64,000 bases of DNA from Takakia lepidozioides (GCA_030704615.1 CM060734.1:39184001-39248000), one strand, 5' to 3'; shown: positions 1 to 13,399, numbered from the stretch's first letter. Notes: generated by a model not told the origin, from the sequence alone. Translations and numbers: made by a program.

Positions 1-829
1 GGTCTATCCAAGTGTAGATCCGGCGTGGGTAGGGTAAGTGGCTGGTATGAATATTGACATGTGGGACGTACCCGGATTCTAGGTAGGAGTAGGTATGAAT
101 TCCTTTAACGTCCAGTGAATTTACAGAGCTCACAACTCAACACACATCCCATCGAGGGGCCAATGGATGGTTGAAGGTACATGTTGAAGGATTGAACCCA
201 AGATCACCCAGGTTATGCATAGACAAGGCACAAATACCCAGCCACTGTGCCCCTACGGGAGTCGACATGTAGAGTCTGTTGGTGCCCAGTCCGTTGGAAG
301 GCCCGCCGCCGTAGAAGAACGAGGACTTAAAAAATTCAGAAAGAACCAGTACACAAAATAAATAATTAATAACACATTACCACCTGAACAGAATTGAACA
401 CCGAACCTTCTGCTCATTACTCGTTACTCTTAACTACCACATTACCACATTACCACATCACCTTTATACTTTCTTTTGTATGTGCATTACCATAGCCTAT
501 AGGTAGGTCATGGGCCCCTCTTGGTTGGGACCTATCACAGCAGACCTCCTTGCCCCACAGACCCAACATCAACTGAGCTGCAACAGACCCTCCGTCCGGT
601 AGAGGCGCTCCCACCCTTCACGACCCTCTCTGCTACACGTGGGCCCCGCCGTAGGCACTTGTGTGCGCATTGAAGACGCTATTATCTTATAATGAGAAGC
701 TATACATACCACCCCATACGTGAATTCAATTTCATACCTACTCCTACCTGGAATCCGGGTACATCCCACATGTCAATATTCATACCAGCCACTTACCCTA
801 CCCACGTCGGATCTACACTTGGACATACC
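1..829. repeat. ~100-bp inverted repeat pair (1-100 vs 729-829)
   Basis: tccaagtgtagatccggcgtgggtagggtaagtggctggtatgaatattgacatgtggga... is the near-perfect reverse complement of ...tcccacatgtcaatattcataccagccacttaccctacccacgtcggatctacacttgga. The left arm may continue beyond the window edge. Confidence 0.9.
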
Positions 830-1052
830 AGTACAACACTGGTAAGAACCTAGTAAATTATTCAGGGGCCTTCAATAGATGAAATAATGATAAAGTTCCT
901 TTAACGTCCAGTGAATTTACAAAGCTTACAGCTCAACACACATCCCATCGAGGGGCCAATGGATGGTTGAAGGTACATGTTGAAGGATTGAACCCAAGAT
1001 CACCCGGGTTATGCATAGACAAGGCACAAATACCCAGCCACTGGGCTACCTG
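99..1052 (-). repeat. ~150-bp direct repeat (99-248 and 896-1052) carrying a tRNA-like SINE head on the minus strand
   Basis: The two copies are near-identical. The minus strand reads gtagcccagtggctggg (A-box-like) ... gggttcaatcc (B-box-like). Related heads occur at 2465-2525 (+) and 49371-49430 (+). Confidence 0.65.
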
Positions 1053-1359
1053 CTCAAGAGTATTTTTCATGCTATGCCACTGCCATGGGCTGAGATTGCT
1101 AAGATTGCACATACATAGGCAAGTAAGATATTGTTAGATAAAAGAGAAGTATGACACTTTCTGAAGAAATCGTAAATTATGGTGTCTCTTGACACGGAAG
1201 GGGCTACAACTTGTTAGATACTTTTATTGACCAAAGATGCATATGAAGGGTCTGAGTGTTTATGAGAGGTAAACTAGTCTTACATATTTTACGTTATCAA
1301 TATCCCAGCTACCCCGGCGAGTTCGACTCTGAAAGCTCGAATCACTTAAAATAATCCTC

Positions 1360-1920
1360 GCAAGGTGACGCCAAACGAAGGTAGCGTAACTAAGAGCCTC
1401 TTCCCCTTGCCGTACTGCCGCATTTTGAGGGAGGGCTCTATCCAAATCGGACCTATCTACGGGGTTAGGTTGACCACTCCAATTTGGCGTTTGCGTAGAG
1501 ATCTAATAGTAGTAAAATGCATGGCACGAGCAAATTGTGGCATAGGTGTGGGATAGTTTTTGGTTTTGTTTCAAAATATTCATAATATGAGCTATGGACC
1601 CCACCTCAGACACCGGCCATGAAAAAGTCACCGGTGGTGATAAAGTGTGCTGCCCTAGCATGGGCTAGTACAAGAAGTGGTTCATATTTGTGATGTTTGT
1701 TAAAGATTAATTGGTCTGGGTAGTGGTCATGACAAAAGATAAATTCGATTATATGGATGGTGAGGGTGAGGGCTGTTGGTATTACCGAGGAAATATAAAG
1801 TCCTACATATAAGCAATATATCCGAGCATAGTCATGCTAGGCAATGACATGGGTGGATGAAGCATGTGCATGGTTGGGGAATTATGTGGTCCGGTGGCCT
1901 ACCTTGAAATGTGCCATTGT
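1360..1920 (-). mobile_element. Degenerate 3' part of a non-LTR retrotransposon with a restriction-like endonuclease (RLE) domain
   Basis: Minus-strand translation with one frameshift: ...PCTCFIHPCHCLA*LCSDILLI / TIHIIEFIFCHDHYPDQLIFNKHHKYEPL...AGV*GGVH. Reverting CpG-type changes (TGA>CGA, TGC>CGC, TCG>CCG) gives ARLRPDIL, i.e. a PD..(D/E)..K..KY RLE signature. The family 3' motif follows at 1365-1445. Confidence 0.6.
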
Positions 1921-2149
1921 AAAGGGAACTCTAAAGAGGTAGGATAATCAGTGCATAACTAGACAACAAACGTAACAAAGACATCTTAAGACGATATGAG
2001 AGTAACAGTTTCAACAATGACAAAAGCATATATTATATAGGTAAAGTTTCTACAAGTGGACACCTTGATATGATAGTAGTTCATCTCCCACTCAAAATTT
2101 GGGGAGCCATGTTGTCCTTGCCATTTGTAGGGGTTTTTCTTTGTATCAA

Positions 2150-2400
2150 GAGCAAAGAGAGGAATGATGCCAACTGGAGTTATTGTAAACAAGAGTCTCT
2201 TCCCCTTACAGGTATTACACCATTTTGGGAATGGGTTCTATGATACCCGAGTGTCAATCTTGCGTTTGTTGAGAATGAGAGCAAAAGGGGATCTAGTAGC
2301 AATAAATGTAGGCACAAAGACTCTCCTGGAGGTGTGGGAAAGTTTAGATTTTGTGTTAGGAGCAACCAAACTGGGCATGACTTTAAGGATAACTTTATTA
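2150..2400 (-). mobile_element. Second, more decayed 3' fragment of the RLE-type non-LTR family
   Basis: 2164-2300 aligns with 1365-1520 (aagagtctcttccccttac vs aagagcctcttccccttgc; gatctagtagca vs gatctaatagta). Confidence 0.55.
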
Positions 2401-2606
2401 CACCAAATAATCCTTTTGAATTGATGGTGGGGACAAAGCAACTCTCTCACAAGACAACCAAGTTGTAGCCCAGTGGTAATGGGTACATACCACCTCGGAA
2501 GTGGTCGTGGGTTCAATCCACCCTTGGTGTCACAAAGGTGTCAACCTTCCTAACGAAAGGTAGTAACCCTTTGGGATGAAGAGACACCGGGAGGCGTCAA
2601 ATATTA

Positions 2607-2700
2607 AAGAGAGAGAGAAGACTCCGGCCGAGGCCGACGTAACTAAGAGCCACCGCCTTGCGGCTACTGCCTCCAGAAAGGGGGCCCTATGAAGTAAGCA
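2607..2700 (-). mobile_element. Short 3'-end copy of the RLE-type family with a (CT)n tail
   Basis: The reverse complement ...ggcagtagccgcaaggcggtggctcttagttacgtcggcctcggccggagtcttctctctctct matches the element at 17441-17528. Confidence 0.65.
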
Positions 2701-3578
2701 GGTGTCTCCAACAAAACTTTGCATTAACTACTGAGAAAAGGAGAATCCTGCCCTTAGCGCAAGAGTTGAGCTTCACACATCATTTTGCTGGAGATAGGTG
2801 GAGAGGCAGATACTATTCTCTTTCAGGACTCCCAGTCTCCCATGCGCCCCAAGGGCTCCCTACGGATGTTTCTTCAAAGTTTAAAGTAAATTTTCCTAAG
2901 GACCAGGATGAAACCACGATGATCTCAAGGTGTTAGGAAGGTATCACCTTGGTATATGGGATGAATCACTTCACATTGTGGCCAGACCTTGCTGCAGGTT
3001 GTGTGAACATGCCCACATGTTTTTTTGATGATCCATTAGGCCACAGGTTCTTCCCAATGCATGTTCCACTGCACCCAGTACTGCACATGCATATGTTCAA
3101 GGAATTGCGCTGCACTTGGTTAATCTAGTGAAGCAGCAGTGTTAGATCCAGTATTTACAATCTGGTCAAAAAATTTCCAAGCCATCTCTATTTCTTAGTA
3201 TACTGCCAAGGCTTGTAAGTACAAGTATGAAGGTGTCATGCCTGAAAATGTTGGAAACACAGTAGCTGGGCCTCCTTTGAAACAACTACCTTTCAGCGCT
3301 ATGGTAGCCAACAGTTTTGGGCAAAAGTTACCCGAGTCAGGGACGAAGGTAGCCCCATAAATGGTATGTGTGAAGTACATAACCTAGAAAATCTAGATGG
3401 TGAATCTAGATGGCCACAGAGAAGTCGCCAGTACTCTCTTGCTGTTGAAACAGGCTTCAGTATGCCAAGTCATTGTATGATATTACAGCCCCTCGCCGAG
3501 AATTCTCCAACAAAAACCCTGGGGTCTCCTCACCTGCATTGACTGCGTGAGGGGTCAGCAGGACAAGCTTCTCCCAAG

Positions 3579-6500
3579 TTACGGCAGTTCAATGGATGAT
3601 GAAGTGACAAGGTAAGGGTGCTGTGGCAAGTCACTCGAGAGGGGAGTGTTGCAGGTGTGAAGATGATTTTTGAGACGGGGCATATTGGGCTGTGCACTCC
3701 GACAACGGTGACATCGAAGCTCCATGGCCAAGTAACTTTTCTCTGACTCTGAGCTGCAGGGCTTCACTTGACCATTCTTTTCAACCTCATTCAATATATC
3801 TTGTGAGTCCCGGAAAAAACCAGACGTAAAAGAGTTCCAGTGCTTTTTGTTCTTCAAGTTTGGGGAATCAAAGTCTTGGCTTATCACATGCAAGTGCAAC
3901 TGTTGCATGGAAGGAACCTGAACCAATACAAGAATCCATCAGATTTGCACCAGATGAATGAACTTTGGAAACAAACAGGCAGACAGATGGATGAACCTGA
4001 ATGCAAGACATACCTGTCCATGTGAGCTGAAGGTCAAGTGATGGAGCTTGATCCGTGCAAAACACTATCTTCCCCTGAAAACAAGTAAAACAGTGGAGGG
4101 AGGAGGTACGATATATACCGAATGGTAACCCAGGCGGAAAATGAGCGACGGATCCTCCTGCAAGAACGATCTTGCCCAGGTCTGCCCAAGCGAATGCAAA
4201 TGCCGCAAACTAGGAAGATGCTCTCCACGGACGTCATCGATGCTATCTAGCCCATCCCTTCGGGCCACCACCAATACATGTTTCTTCCCCTGGCAATTCA
4301 CCGTGTTGAGAAGCTCAATATTCAGGACAAGCAACTAGTTTGAATGATTCATTCCAATGTACTATATATTTACAGTGGGGCTGAAGCTAAACATGACTTT
4401 ATCACCGGCCAGCCAGTATTAGTCAGAGTGATGACGAAGAAATCTTCCTTTCCCCAGTTATTTACTAAGGACGAGCATCTCTGACCAGTTTGGGTGTTCC
4501 ACACAATACTTGCCTTGGGTACAGAAAGCAGCAGGTAAAACTTCACTCATATGTGTTACATATTTCAGTCCAGTGATTATCAGGTTTTGTACCTTGGGAT
4601 AGAGGTCAACAACCACAACTGCTTCATCTGTGACTTGAAGGACACTTGACGCATGCCGCTCGGGGTGCAAGGCAATGTTGCGCAGCGATTGAGCCCATGA
4701 CCCCCATCTTCTAACCGGTCTGTCTTCATTTCTCTCCCTGGTTCCCCTTTGACTATCTTGAGGCGACGCAGTTCTGCTCCCATAACCACATCTGCTGTCA
4801 TACCCATTCCGTCTCATCCTGATTTCTCTACCTACTAAGGCAATGCATCCATCCATGCCACATCCCCATATCCAAATAATGCACATTCCAAAAACTTGAA
4901 ATAAAATCCTTTTCCAAAACCATGCACACGTTCAAATTCAACATACATACATACCCTAGTCCTTGATTGGGGAACCCCGCATCTCCTGAGAACCTCACAC
5001 CCACTTCATCCCCCTTGCTCTGTTGTACAACTGAAGTATTCAAAGAACCACACCCTTCCCTGATCACTTCATCATCCCCTCCAAGTACTTCCTCAGCAGG
5101 ACGCTCCCGTTTGGATTTGGTGTCCAGCTCCCTGGTGCCCTTTCGCTTAGCTGCTTGCATCAACATTGTGAATGCATTAACAGGTTTTGGCAGGGTACTT
5201 GAAGCACTACATTGGATGGCACTTCCACTTTTGCCACTTCTACTTGCATCGGCATCCATCCGTGCAGATTCTTTAGGAACAGTTTCAATAGGAGTCCCTA
5301 CCAGTGGCTTTGCAACTGTTGAGAAACTGGAAAAGAGACTCACATATGTGGCCCGTAAGAGTTGGGCACCCTGAGTGTAGTCCCCAGCAAGGTAATTGGG
5401 TCTTTTGGGGTTCATATTTGGACCAAGCACATGGATGACATGAGTTACTCCCTCCTCACTTCGAAGGGGACTTGATACAGGCAAAGGAACTAAAACGGCA
5501 CTCCCAGGGATCAGAGTTTTGGCACGTTGCTTTGTGGCTTGCTCCAAGCCTGGGCCAGCAGCCTTGTAAATGGCTGCATTTACACCACCACCACCGGGTT
5601 TCAATCGCCTACCATGTTCACCAAGACAAAGTCTCAGTCAGTTAAGAGTGTACTTAAAAAATGTGACTGCATATACCCAAGACAAAGGGCAATCAGACAT
5701 GTTTTTATCATTTTCATTTTCCAAGCTTTTTAAGAAAAAGGTGCAATCTATCCATTTAGATAGCCCATAAACAAACATACACAAATTAAGCACATAAGCT
5801 ACAGAATACCAGGCTAGTTTATACTGGATCTAGAAGGAGCTGTGAGCTCACCAGTTTGCAGCATTGGCAACAACATTGCACCTTGGGCCTCCAGTTGAAC
5901 GCATCTTGGTTATATCCCCAGCAAAAGTAAGGAACCGCTGTGGATCCAAGCCCCCCTTCATGGCCTTCCTACTGACCCTTGCCAACATGTCAGAATCAGC
6001 TAACAAGTCTACAAATACTAGCCTCAGCCCTGCATACTCTCCACTTCTTAAGAAGTCAGAGACAGTTTCCACAATGATGTCTGCTGCTTTTTCATGGTCA
6101 AACTGAAAGTCTGCGGTGGAGATCGATGGAAATGCTAGCGTGCGAGTCCCCTCATCCTCACCAGCATCAGCAATGCCACTTGAAACCACTCTATCCACTT
6201 TCTCATCTGTTGAACTGTTGTTGTTCATCATAAGACTAATGTCAGAAAGGATGACATTCGATGGGTCTACGGCTCCTAGATGCCTGTGCATGTGGGAACT
6301 GGCATGTTGAACTGGTTGACCTTTGACACCCTCACTCTCGTCATCTCTGCCTGCACTTTGACGGAATGGCTTCAAAGTACCCTTGCCTTCTTTGACACTA
6401 GCACCAAAGATACCAGAGGGAAGGTAAGCTCCAGGGCTCAGTTGCATGTAAAGACTAACAGCATTCTCCACTTCAGTATCTGTTCTACAGTATGTGATAC

Positions 6501-7761
6501 GGATAAACCCCTCTTCTAGGGTGGGGGGCTTCCGACCCCGAGAGAACCGAAGAACCACCCCTGCAACGTCTGCACCCTGCAAGCCCCCTTCGTGCCCAGT
6601 CCGTTGCATTGCCCGCTGCACACACACACTTGCTGGGAGATTGAGGACCAGGGCATGAGCTTCCACACTTTTGCGCCTAACCAATTGTATAAAGTCACTC
6701 CGCTGATTGACGTCAATGTTGCAACGGTCAATCAGAATGCTGTTTCCAGCAGACAGCGCCGCGGCTGCCTGCTTCAAACATTGCACTTTGGTGCCCCGTT
6801 TACCATGTGAAATCACATCCTGCGCCATCAAACAAACAGCAAACGAACATGGGCAACACTGCCTACTCAGGTGGTGGAAAGGCATTACCAGAAAATGTGA
6901 TTTTGCAAACTCCACTAAAAGCCTCGGAAACAAATCAGAACAGAAAAATGTAGATTGATCAATGGGCTTCAACTATTGCTTGTCAAGAAAATGAGCTGCT
7001 GTGTATGTGCAACTGTATAGGAGGAGGAGAAGAAGGGCGGGGGGATAGAGAGGCTAAAATGTGCTATCGTGATTGTGACAAACCTGGCAAATGCGAATCC
7101 AATTCCGAGCTGCATTTTCCATGACTTTATGACAGAAGGTGCTTTTGCCACTACCTGGTGGGCCCACCAACATCAGAACCACAGCACCTCCGTTGTCTCT
7201 GGAAATTGCCTCTCCATGAGCAAACGGGGTTGATGTGTCTGTCGCCTTGTTACCATCCTCTTCTTTCTTCAACAGTCTCTCGTAAGAACCTATGACTGGC
7301 CCCTGTCCTTCTTGGGTAGGTTGGCCTTCTCCGACAATCGATGTTCTATTATTTGAAACAGCATGGCCCTCCCCTGACTTAATCCTTATTTCTGCTATCA
7401 AAAATTCAGGGAGACAATTAAGTCATCTTCTTGCCTCATAACAGTGCCCCTACTGAACGATTCAGCAATGTGTTAGTGGTAAGTGGACTTAAAATGGCCA
7501 CAATACTGTTCCATGGTGAAGACCAAAACAACGTTGCAACACATCATGCTTGCAAACGGAATCATAGCACAGATAGATTTGAGAAGAGAAAGGACCCGAA
7601 AATTGTTTGGTAGAGGCGTCATTGCTAGGCCTGCCATCGTCACTCTCCATTCCCGATTTTAGGGTTGGGGGATGCCAGAACTGGAGCCAATGCTCCGGAT
7701 TCTTTCTGTAACACTCGGCTCCATATTTACAATCCGGGACTTTACCGGCACTTTCCATCAT
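3579..7761 (-). CDS. APTX: Aprataxin-like multidomain DNA-repair protein (PBZ + AAA_33/PNK-like P-loop kinase + macro domain + HIT + C2HE zinc finger), plant APTX/bHLH140-like; 7 exons
   Basis: Phase-consistent GT-AG exons: 7761-7596, 7394-7084, 6819-5852, 5608-4955, 4827-4593, 4289-4119, 3917-3579. Motifs: CKYGAECYRKNPEHWLQFWHP, GPPGSGKST, IDRCN, AFPSIST, GDIT, NAANWRLKPGGGGVNAAI, DLYPKGKKHVLV, GYHSVPSMQQLHLHVISQDF, KNKKHWNSF, CHRC...LKNH. Confidence 0.93.
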
Positions 7762-9024
7762 AGTCCGATCTCGTCCACAGACTTCAAAAGCGACACGAGT
7801 CTCCTGTCTACTCTCCCGCTTCAATCCCCTTTGCCTCTGCTTCTGAGTACCGGGTCTCTTGACTCTGGCTTGGACCTCCGATCCTACTGTTGTCTTTGTA
7901 CCTCTGGGCCCTTGTGTGAAACCAAGAAAGAATCTTCGGAATCTCTGGTGTTTGGGTACAAATCAAGAATGAGGACTTGCAGACCGGTCGCTCTTTACTA
8001 CTCGTATAACCCTGCCGAAATTTTCCTTCGTTATCCTAAGGGCATTGTATCTTGGCGCTCAACTTGAGGTTGGAGTCCGGAAACGTTGTAGAATCACTCA
8101 ACACCGAGACTCAAGCTTAAGGGCACTGGTTCTTCACAATTATCTGCTCAGACGATATAGTTCTGTGCAAGATGGAGGCTTGATGCAGAAGCATTGGTGG
8201 ACGAGCTGTAGGTGTTGCATCCTCTTCGTTATGTCAGGATTAGCGAACCCAGAAGTCGAGCTTCAGAAACCTAGTTTGACGTATTGCAGGACTTCCTAGA
8301 CTAGCAAGTACAGTTTCAGTAGCTTGCTGGTTCAGAAAACTTCATAACTTGCTATCACCTAATAGCTATTAGCCCACCTTTTCATCAGGAAGACCTTCTA
8401 GAGAAAATTTTCTGATCCACCCCAAATGACTATACTCATGGAGAAAGACAGGAACAAGCATACTATCCGATACTATACACCTTCAAATAAGAATGCTCAA
8501 ATCGAGCCTGGTTTTGAGAGTTTCATGCTGCCCGCAAAAATGGAATAACTTCACATATTCCGTATTAAAATTGCAACCTTGCTTTGCAGAACCATTCAAC
8601 ATTGATCCAAATTGACATTGGGGGAGCAATTCAAAAGGTTCCAAGATCACAAAGCACAGACAAATTACTTGAACCTCAGTCTCCTTTCAAGTCGGAATCA
8701 TGGAGAACCTGTGAACTTAACCTCCAATCCATAAGAGGGATAAAATCCATGACATTTCTCCACTGGTGTAGTTGGAACATCCATTATAAAAGCGCTTGGT
8801 ATAAATACTTGACAGTTGAGACCCCACTTTAGGGTGCACATAAGGAGGAATAAGGAGGGAAACACTACTATAAAAAGCAAGACTTCAATGACTCAAAGCC
8901 AGTCCCTCAATCAGCTGGACAGGAAGAAGAGAGGAAGAAAATTGATCTCCAGTCCCACATTACTGACTTCAAAACCTGAAAATGGAAAGAGAGAACTGCA
9001 AGATGAGCGAAATTAGCTAATGAG

Positions 9025-12000
9025 TCAAAGCTTGGCAGACAGTTGTGCCTGCTTGGAGGAGCGACCAGCAATAAATTGCTGCAGGACAGAAAAATCTTCT
9101 GGCCGCATGTTAGCATAGTACTCGTGGGCGCGGTCCTGCAGCAATTGCCCCATCTTCATCACCACCATGACAATCATCTTTGCTACTTCAAGGCAACACT
9201 ATAGTTTATACAGCATACCTCACTAAGCAGAACCAACTCCGAATCAACCCACCAATCTTCTTGCACCCAAGGAAAAACCTAACATTTCAGTTTTCTTTTG
9301 TTCACACACTCTACATCCCACATCATTGGATAAGACCAATACAACAAACCTTCTCGAGCTTGAGAGCCTCGCCAAGAGAGAGTTTGAGACCATCGCGGCT
9401 AACAGCTTTATATCTGATCACCATGCCTTGCTGATTTTTTAGAATGGCTTCTGCAATACCCCTAGCTGTGTTCATTAACTCGTCTGGGGCCACCACACGG
9501 CTCACCAGCCCCCACCTTTCCGCTGTGTATGCATCCAGTGGTACAGCTGCTAGTGATAGTTCCCGTGCACGAACTGGACCTATTATGCGTGGTAGCTTTT
9601 GGGACAGCCCCCATGATGGGAATATGCCAAACCTGCACAGCTTCAAAACGTGTCAAGACATATAAGGCAGAAGGCAGGTGCAACAGATCTTTAAATGAGA
9701 AGAGCTGATCGATCATTACTCCCTCATCATACATAAGAGAAAACATTGCAGATCCTACAAGAATGGAGTCTAAACACTGTCCCCAATTCTTCAACTGCCA
9801 ATCTGATTTGATTTAAAAACCTGACCCTGATTCTTGGGGTAGATTGTGGGTAAATGCCCCCACAGATGGAGTAGAAAAGCAATGGGAGAGAAACATGACA
9901 GAGGGTCAAAGAATGGTGATGATGGAAGTAGGGAGGGAACTTTGGCAAAAATCGGACCCATACTTGCAGTGTGTATCCACGAACTGTGCATTCGAACTTG
10001 CAATGAGAATGTCACAAGCCAAGGCAATTTCAAATCCAGCAGTTATGCAATGACCGTTAATTGCACCGATGATAGGCTTGCTACACCGGTCCATCTGCAC
10101 ACTTACATCCTTGCCCTCATCCTTCACATCGCCCTGGAACACTGTCTGTGCTGCTGTAAGATCCTGCAACCAACCCGTACTTTGTCACGCATGCAGCCGC
10201 CTGGAAATATCGTTTGAATCCACGAGGGCTCCAGGGAAAGCGGCATCCCTGCTCAATCTATTCAAAGAACAACGGACATTTTTGACCAGTTCAACCTTCT
10301 ACAGTTGAATTCACAGCTGATGAAAAAGATACATCTCAAATCAGGTTGCAAGTGGACCAAATTGCACATGACGAATCGCTCCTATTCAGAGTTCAAGACA
10401 GCATGATGTGAAACGCCAGCCTCTCTCTCTCTCTCTCACTGCTCTTGTTCCGCCCAAACTGAGAGCGGGGTCTATGGCCATAACCTTACCGCAAACATTT
10501 TCTTATGAGTACATTCTCTCTCTCTCTCTCTAACTCCAAACTTCCATCCAAGTCGGGGTGCTCAGGGAGTGCATGTCAGCATGCTCCAAAACAGCTAATG
10601 TGGCTGTTCGGGGTGGGTTTGCCATTCCTCCCTTAAGCTCCCGACGCGATGAATTCAAAATCAGATGGTGGGGTCAGCTGCAACGTATGGCTAATAGCAG
10701 ATATCCTAAGTTAATCGACTCTATATCTTGGAAGCAGGACCGCCCTGTCAAACAGGCTAAATCCTGGCGGAAAAGGGTAGAAGAGATTTTCAAGGATCTG
10801 AATCTTAGTCCACTAGCCATGACCCTGCTGGATAAATCTGGCTTCGAAGCTGAAGTTTCCGCAGCCATGTCTATTGCCAGGAAATTGTCTGAAGAAAATG
10901 AAGTTAGGCAGAAAACTTTCCTCAACCTGTTTCCAGTCTGTGACATGGGTGAGGCCATCATAGATGACCTCAAGGGTCTACCCACCCTCGGCACTAGACT
11001 GAAATTCAAACTCAGGGCGGGTAGCCTACCTTTGAACAACAAACAGTCGCAGAGAGGAAAAGGGGGATTGTAAGTGCCCGTTGTGTGGGCAACCTGAAGG
11101 CAATGTTCACTTCCTGATTCATTGTCCTGGGTACTCTCACCAACGGGACACCCTCTTCCATTCCATCAAGGAAATTGTGCCTGTACCTCTGTTTAACAAC
11201 TTTGAAAATCTTGCCCTTTTGGGGTCTATTGGGCAAATCACACACATCAGATTGATGCTTGTGTGAAGGGATTTCTGGAGGATATCTGGAAATCCCGGAT
11301 CCACTGTTTATTCCAAGGTAAATCATACTACCGGCGTCAGCCCCTGACAAAGGTAGTTTCTGTCCCTTTATGTTCCGTTCAAGGCGCGGGGTCAATGGCC
11401 ACAAGGCTACGGCAAACAATGTCCTATGAGTACAATCTCACTCCAAACTGTTGGCCGCAAGGCTCGTGACGAGTAAACGCCACCCGCTCGCAGAAATCGT
11501 CCCGCACAAATTGCTGTAATTCCCTTATATGTGTATCTTGAATCTCGTCATAAACTGTCTCGTGAATTTCGTCGAAGAAAGAACCAACCCTCATGACATG
11601 GAACACTACCTAACAACCAGAAGCTTCTTACATGACCATATTGAAGGATTTACCGAAAATTGAACTGCAATACAGAGTACAGCTGAATTGCTACTATTTA
11701 GAAAGCACCCCGCTTTGCCGAGAGAGCAATCTACTCCTTGCTCATTCACTGGCTTACCAATAACCACTGCCCATGCTGACCTCAACATATTGAGTCCCCA
11801 CCCTGGGATTAAGAGAGAAGGGAGAGAGAAAGAGACCACGCCAGTACTGAAGGCCCGGCCAGAGCCAGTAAGAACTATAACTTTGACATCAGGGGACTGA
11901 TCCAATTCTTGGAAGACTCTGGCCAGCCTGGTGATCAGGCTGTGGGTAAGTGCGTTAAGTGCTCGAGGCCTGTTGAGAGTGATGGTGGCAATTCCGTTGC

Positions 12001-12079
12001 CACTCCGATCCAACAACAATTCTGCCTCTCCACCTTCGTCCCTCGCATCGGAATTGTCATCGTTCTGTTGATACCCCAT
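9025..12079 (-). CDS. ECHIA: Peroxisomal enoyl-CoA hydratase/isomerase (ECHIA-like), 4 exons, C-terminal PTS1 AKL
   Basis: Exons 12079-11837, 10163-9964, 9632-9350, 9135-9025. Crotonase motifs ITLNRPRALNAL, LTGSGRAFSTGVDL, KPIIGAINGHCITAGFEIALACD, FGIFPSWGLSQKL. Ends ...LSAKL*. Confidence 0.93.
10441..10530 (+). mobile_element. ~90-bp 3'-end copy of the (CT)n-tailed APE-RT LINE family in ECHIA intron 1
   Basis: tgttccgcccaaactgagagcggggtctatggccata...tcttatgagtacat(tc)n matches the 3' ends at 11370-11439, 18428-18500 (rc) and 37180-37250. Flanked by (CT)n on both sides. Confidence 0.8.
10543..11439 (+). mobile_element. 5'-truncated LINE (post-RT region + CCHC-type finger + 3' end) with 10-bp TSD
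   Basis: ORF 10558-11073 (..AVRG..LKFKLRAGSLPL) then C-P-L-C..HFLIHCPGY. TSD actccaaact at 10533-10542 and 11440-11449. Confidence 0.88.
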
Positions 12080-12959
12080 CGCTCAACCCCAAAGCTTTGC
12101 AGGCACCGTGACTGTCAGGCATGTCAGGGGTTGATGAACACTCAACGTCGACCCACTGTCGGTGGCCTGGCGGTCCATCCCTGCCACATGGCAGAATTGA
12201 AACAATCCAATCATCCCCTCTCTCCTCTCCTCCCTGATGTGGCATAGTGAACACTATCCTAGGCCTTCTCAAATGGATCATAGCCGGGATACACTCGGGT
12301 TCACAGATACCCACCGAATCCTTTGTGAGCCTGATTTCGTCAAAACAGCCCAGTCAATCCGATGTAGCATTCACCATACTTTGATCCTTGTCTCTTCCGA
12401 ACCTGGGAATATGCGTCTATCCTCTACAGGGACACTACTACCTCTACAGGACATGTAGCAGGTAAGTTGGGCATGTTTGCCTATGACCCAACCAGTGTTG
12501 AACTGGTATGTCCATTCTTGACTACCAGACTGGTCCTGGTATGAACCTTTTTCATACCAAGCTGGTATAGGTATCTATAGCCTCTATATAGGTATGAGCA
12601 ATTTGGGTATGGATTGTATTTTGGGCTGTATATGAGTATGGTACTGGTATGGTCCCTTTTGTTTAGTGGGACTGATGAGAGCATATGAGCACCAGTATGG
12701 TATGGCTGCTGCTCACCAGACATAGAAATGAATGTCATTAAGCACACAGCTAATTTTAGTCTAAACTATGAACACTAGGCAAAGGCAACCCAAAGTAAAT
12801 TGAAAGAGCAAATGAAGTCTGAATTGCAGCATAGTCATGTGAAGCATCCAAGGGATATACTCACTCCTCTACTGTAGCAGGATAAGATGGGATTGTTAGC
12901 TCGTAGGACTTGTCTTGCCCAATAGAATATGGAATCCACTGTAGAGCTAGACTCTTGTC

Positions 12960-13380
12960 TTGCCAGTCACGTTAAGCAGAATACAGATCAGGGGCCTTAT
13001 CCACGCTAAGACTTTCCACATACATCCCTAATTTATTTATAGTCAAGAGAATGTTGAGGTCATCCTTTATCCTGGGCGAAGGAAGGGATGGGATAGATTC
13101 CAAGGTTTGCATCTGACTGAGAGTGGAGTAAATAAGGGGATTCTTCCCTCTTTCAATGCAAAGCTTGCAATAACTTTGGGCTGAGAGGAGGGAGTCCCCA
13201 AGCAATCTTTCAAGGCAACCACCCAAGTCGGCCATTCTCCTTTGCCTAGCCTTTAAAGAAAAATAAACTGGGGAATTATTTCACCAGCTAAAGACCAATT
13301 TAAGCCCTGCTTTCAGCTTAAGAGCATCGTCATAAGATTTCTATGAAGACTAGGTTGCTCTTAGCCTATGGCAATTGGGT
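12960..13380 (-). mobile_element. L1-like LINE ORF2 fragment (linker just upstream of RT)
   Basis: The translation ends ..VESLSVDKAPD, matching the KAPGPDG pre-RT motif. Degenerate. Confidence 0.5.
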
Positions 13381-13399
13381 TGTCCTGATTGGACATGGT

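Noticed and set aside
2465-2525. tRNA gene
   Set aside because: A/B-box-like motifs only, with no complete cloverleaf. Treated as a SINE head; the same applies to 186-250, 985-1052, 29380-29470 and 49371-49430.
2950-3400. Coding-like segment downstream of APTX
   Set aside because: Stops in all frames and no motif I can recognise.
3875-3905. Inactive aprataxin because the HIT triad reads QLHLH
   Set aside because: To my knowledge plant aprataxin-like proteins normally have (R/Q)QLHLH, so this is not evidence of decay.
4967-6958. Several plus-strand ORFs opposite APTX (also those opposite the FHA, PDH and RPE exons)
   Set aside because: Antisense shadows of real coding exons.
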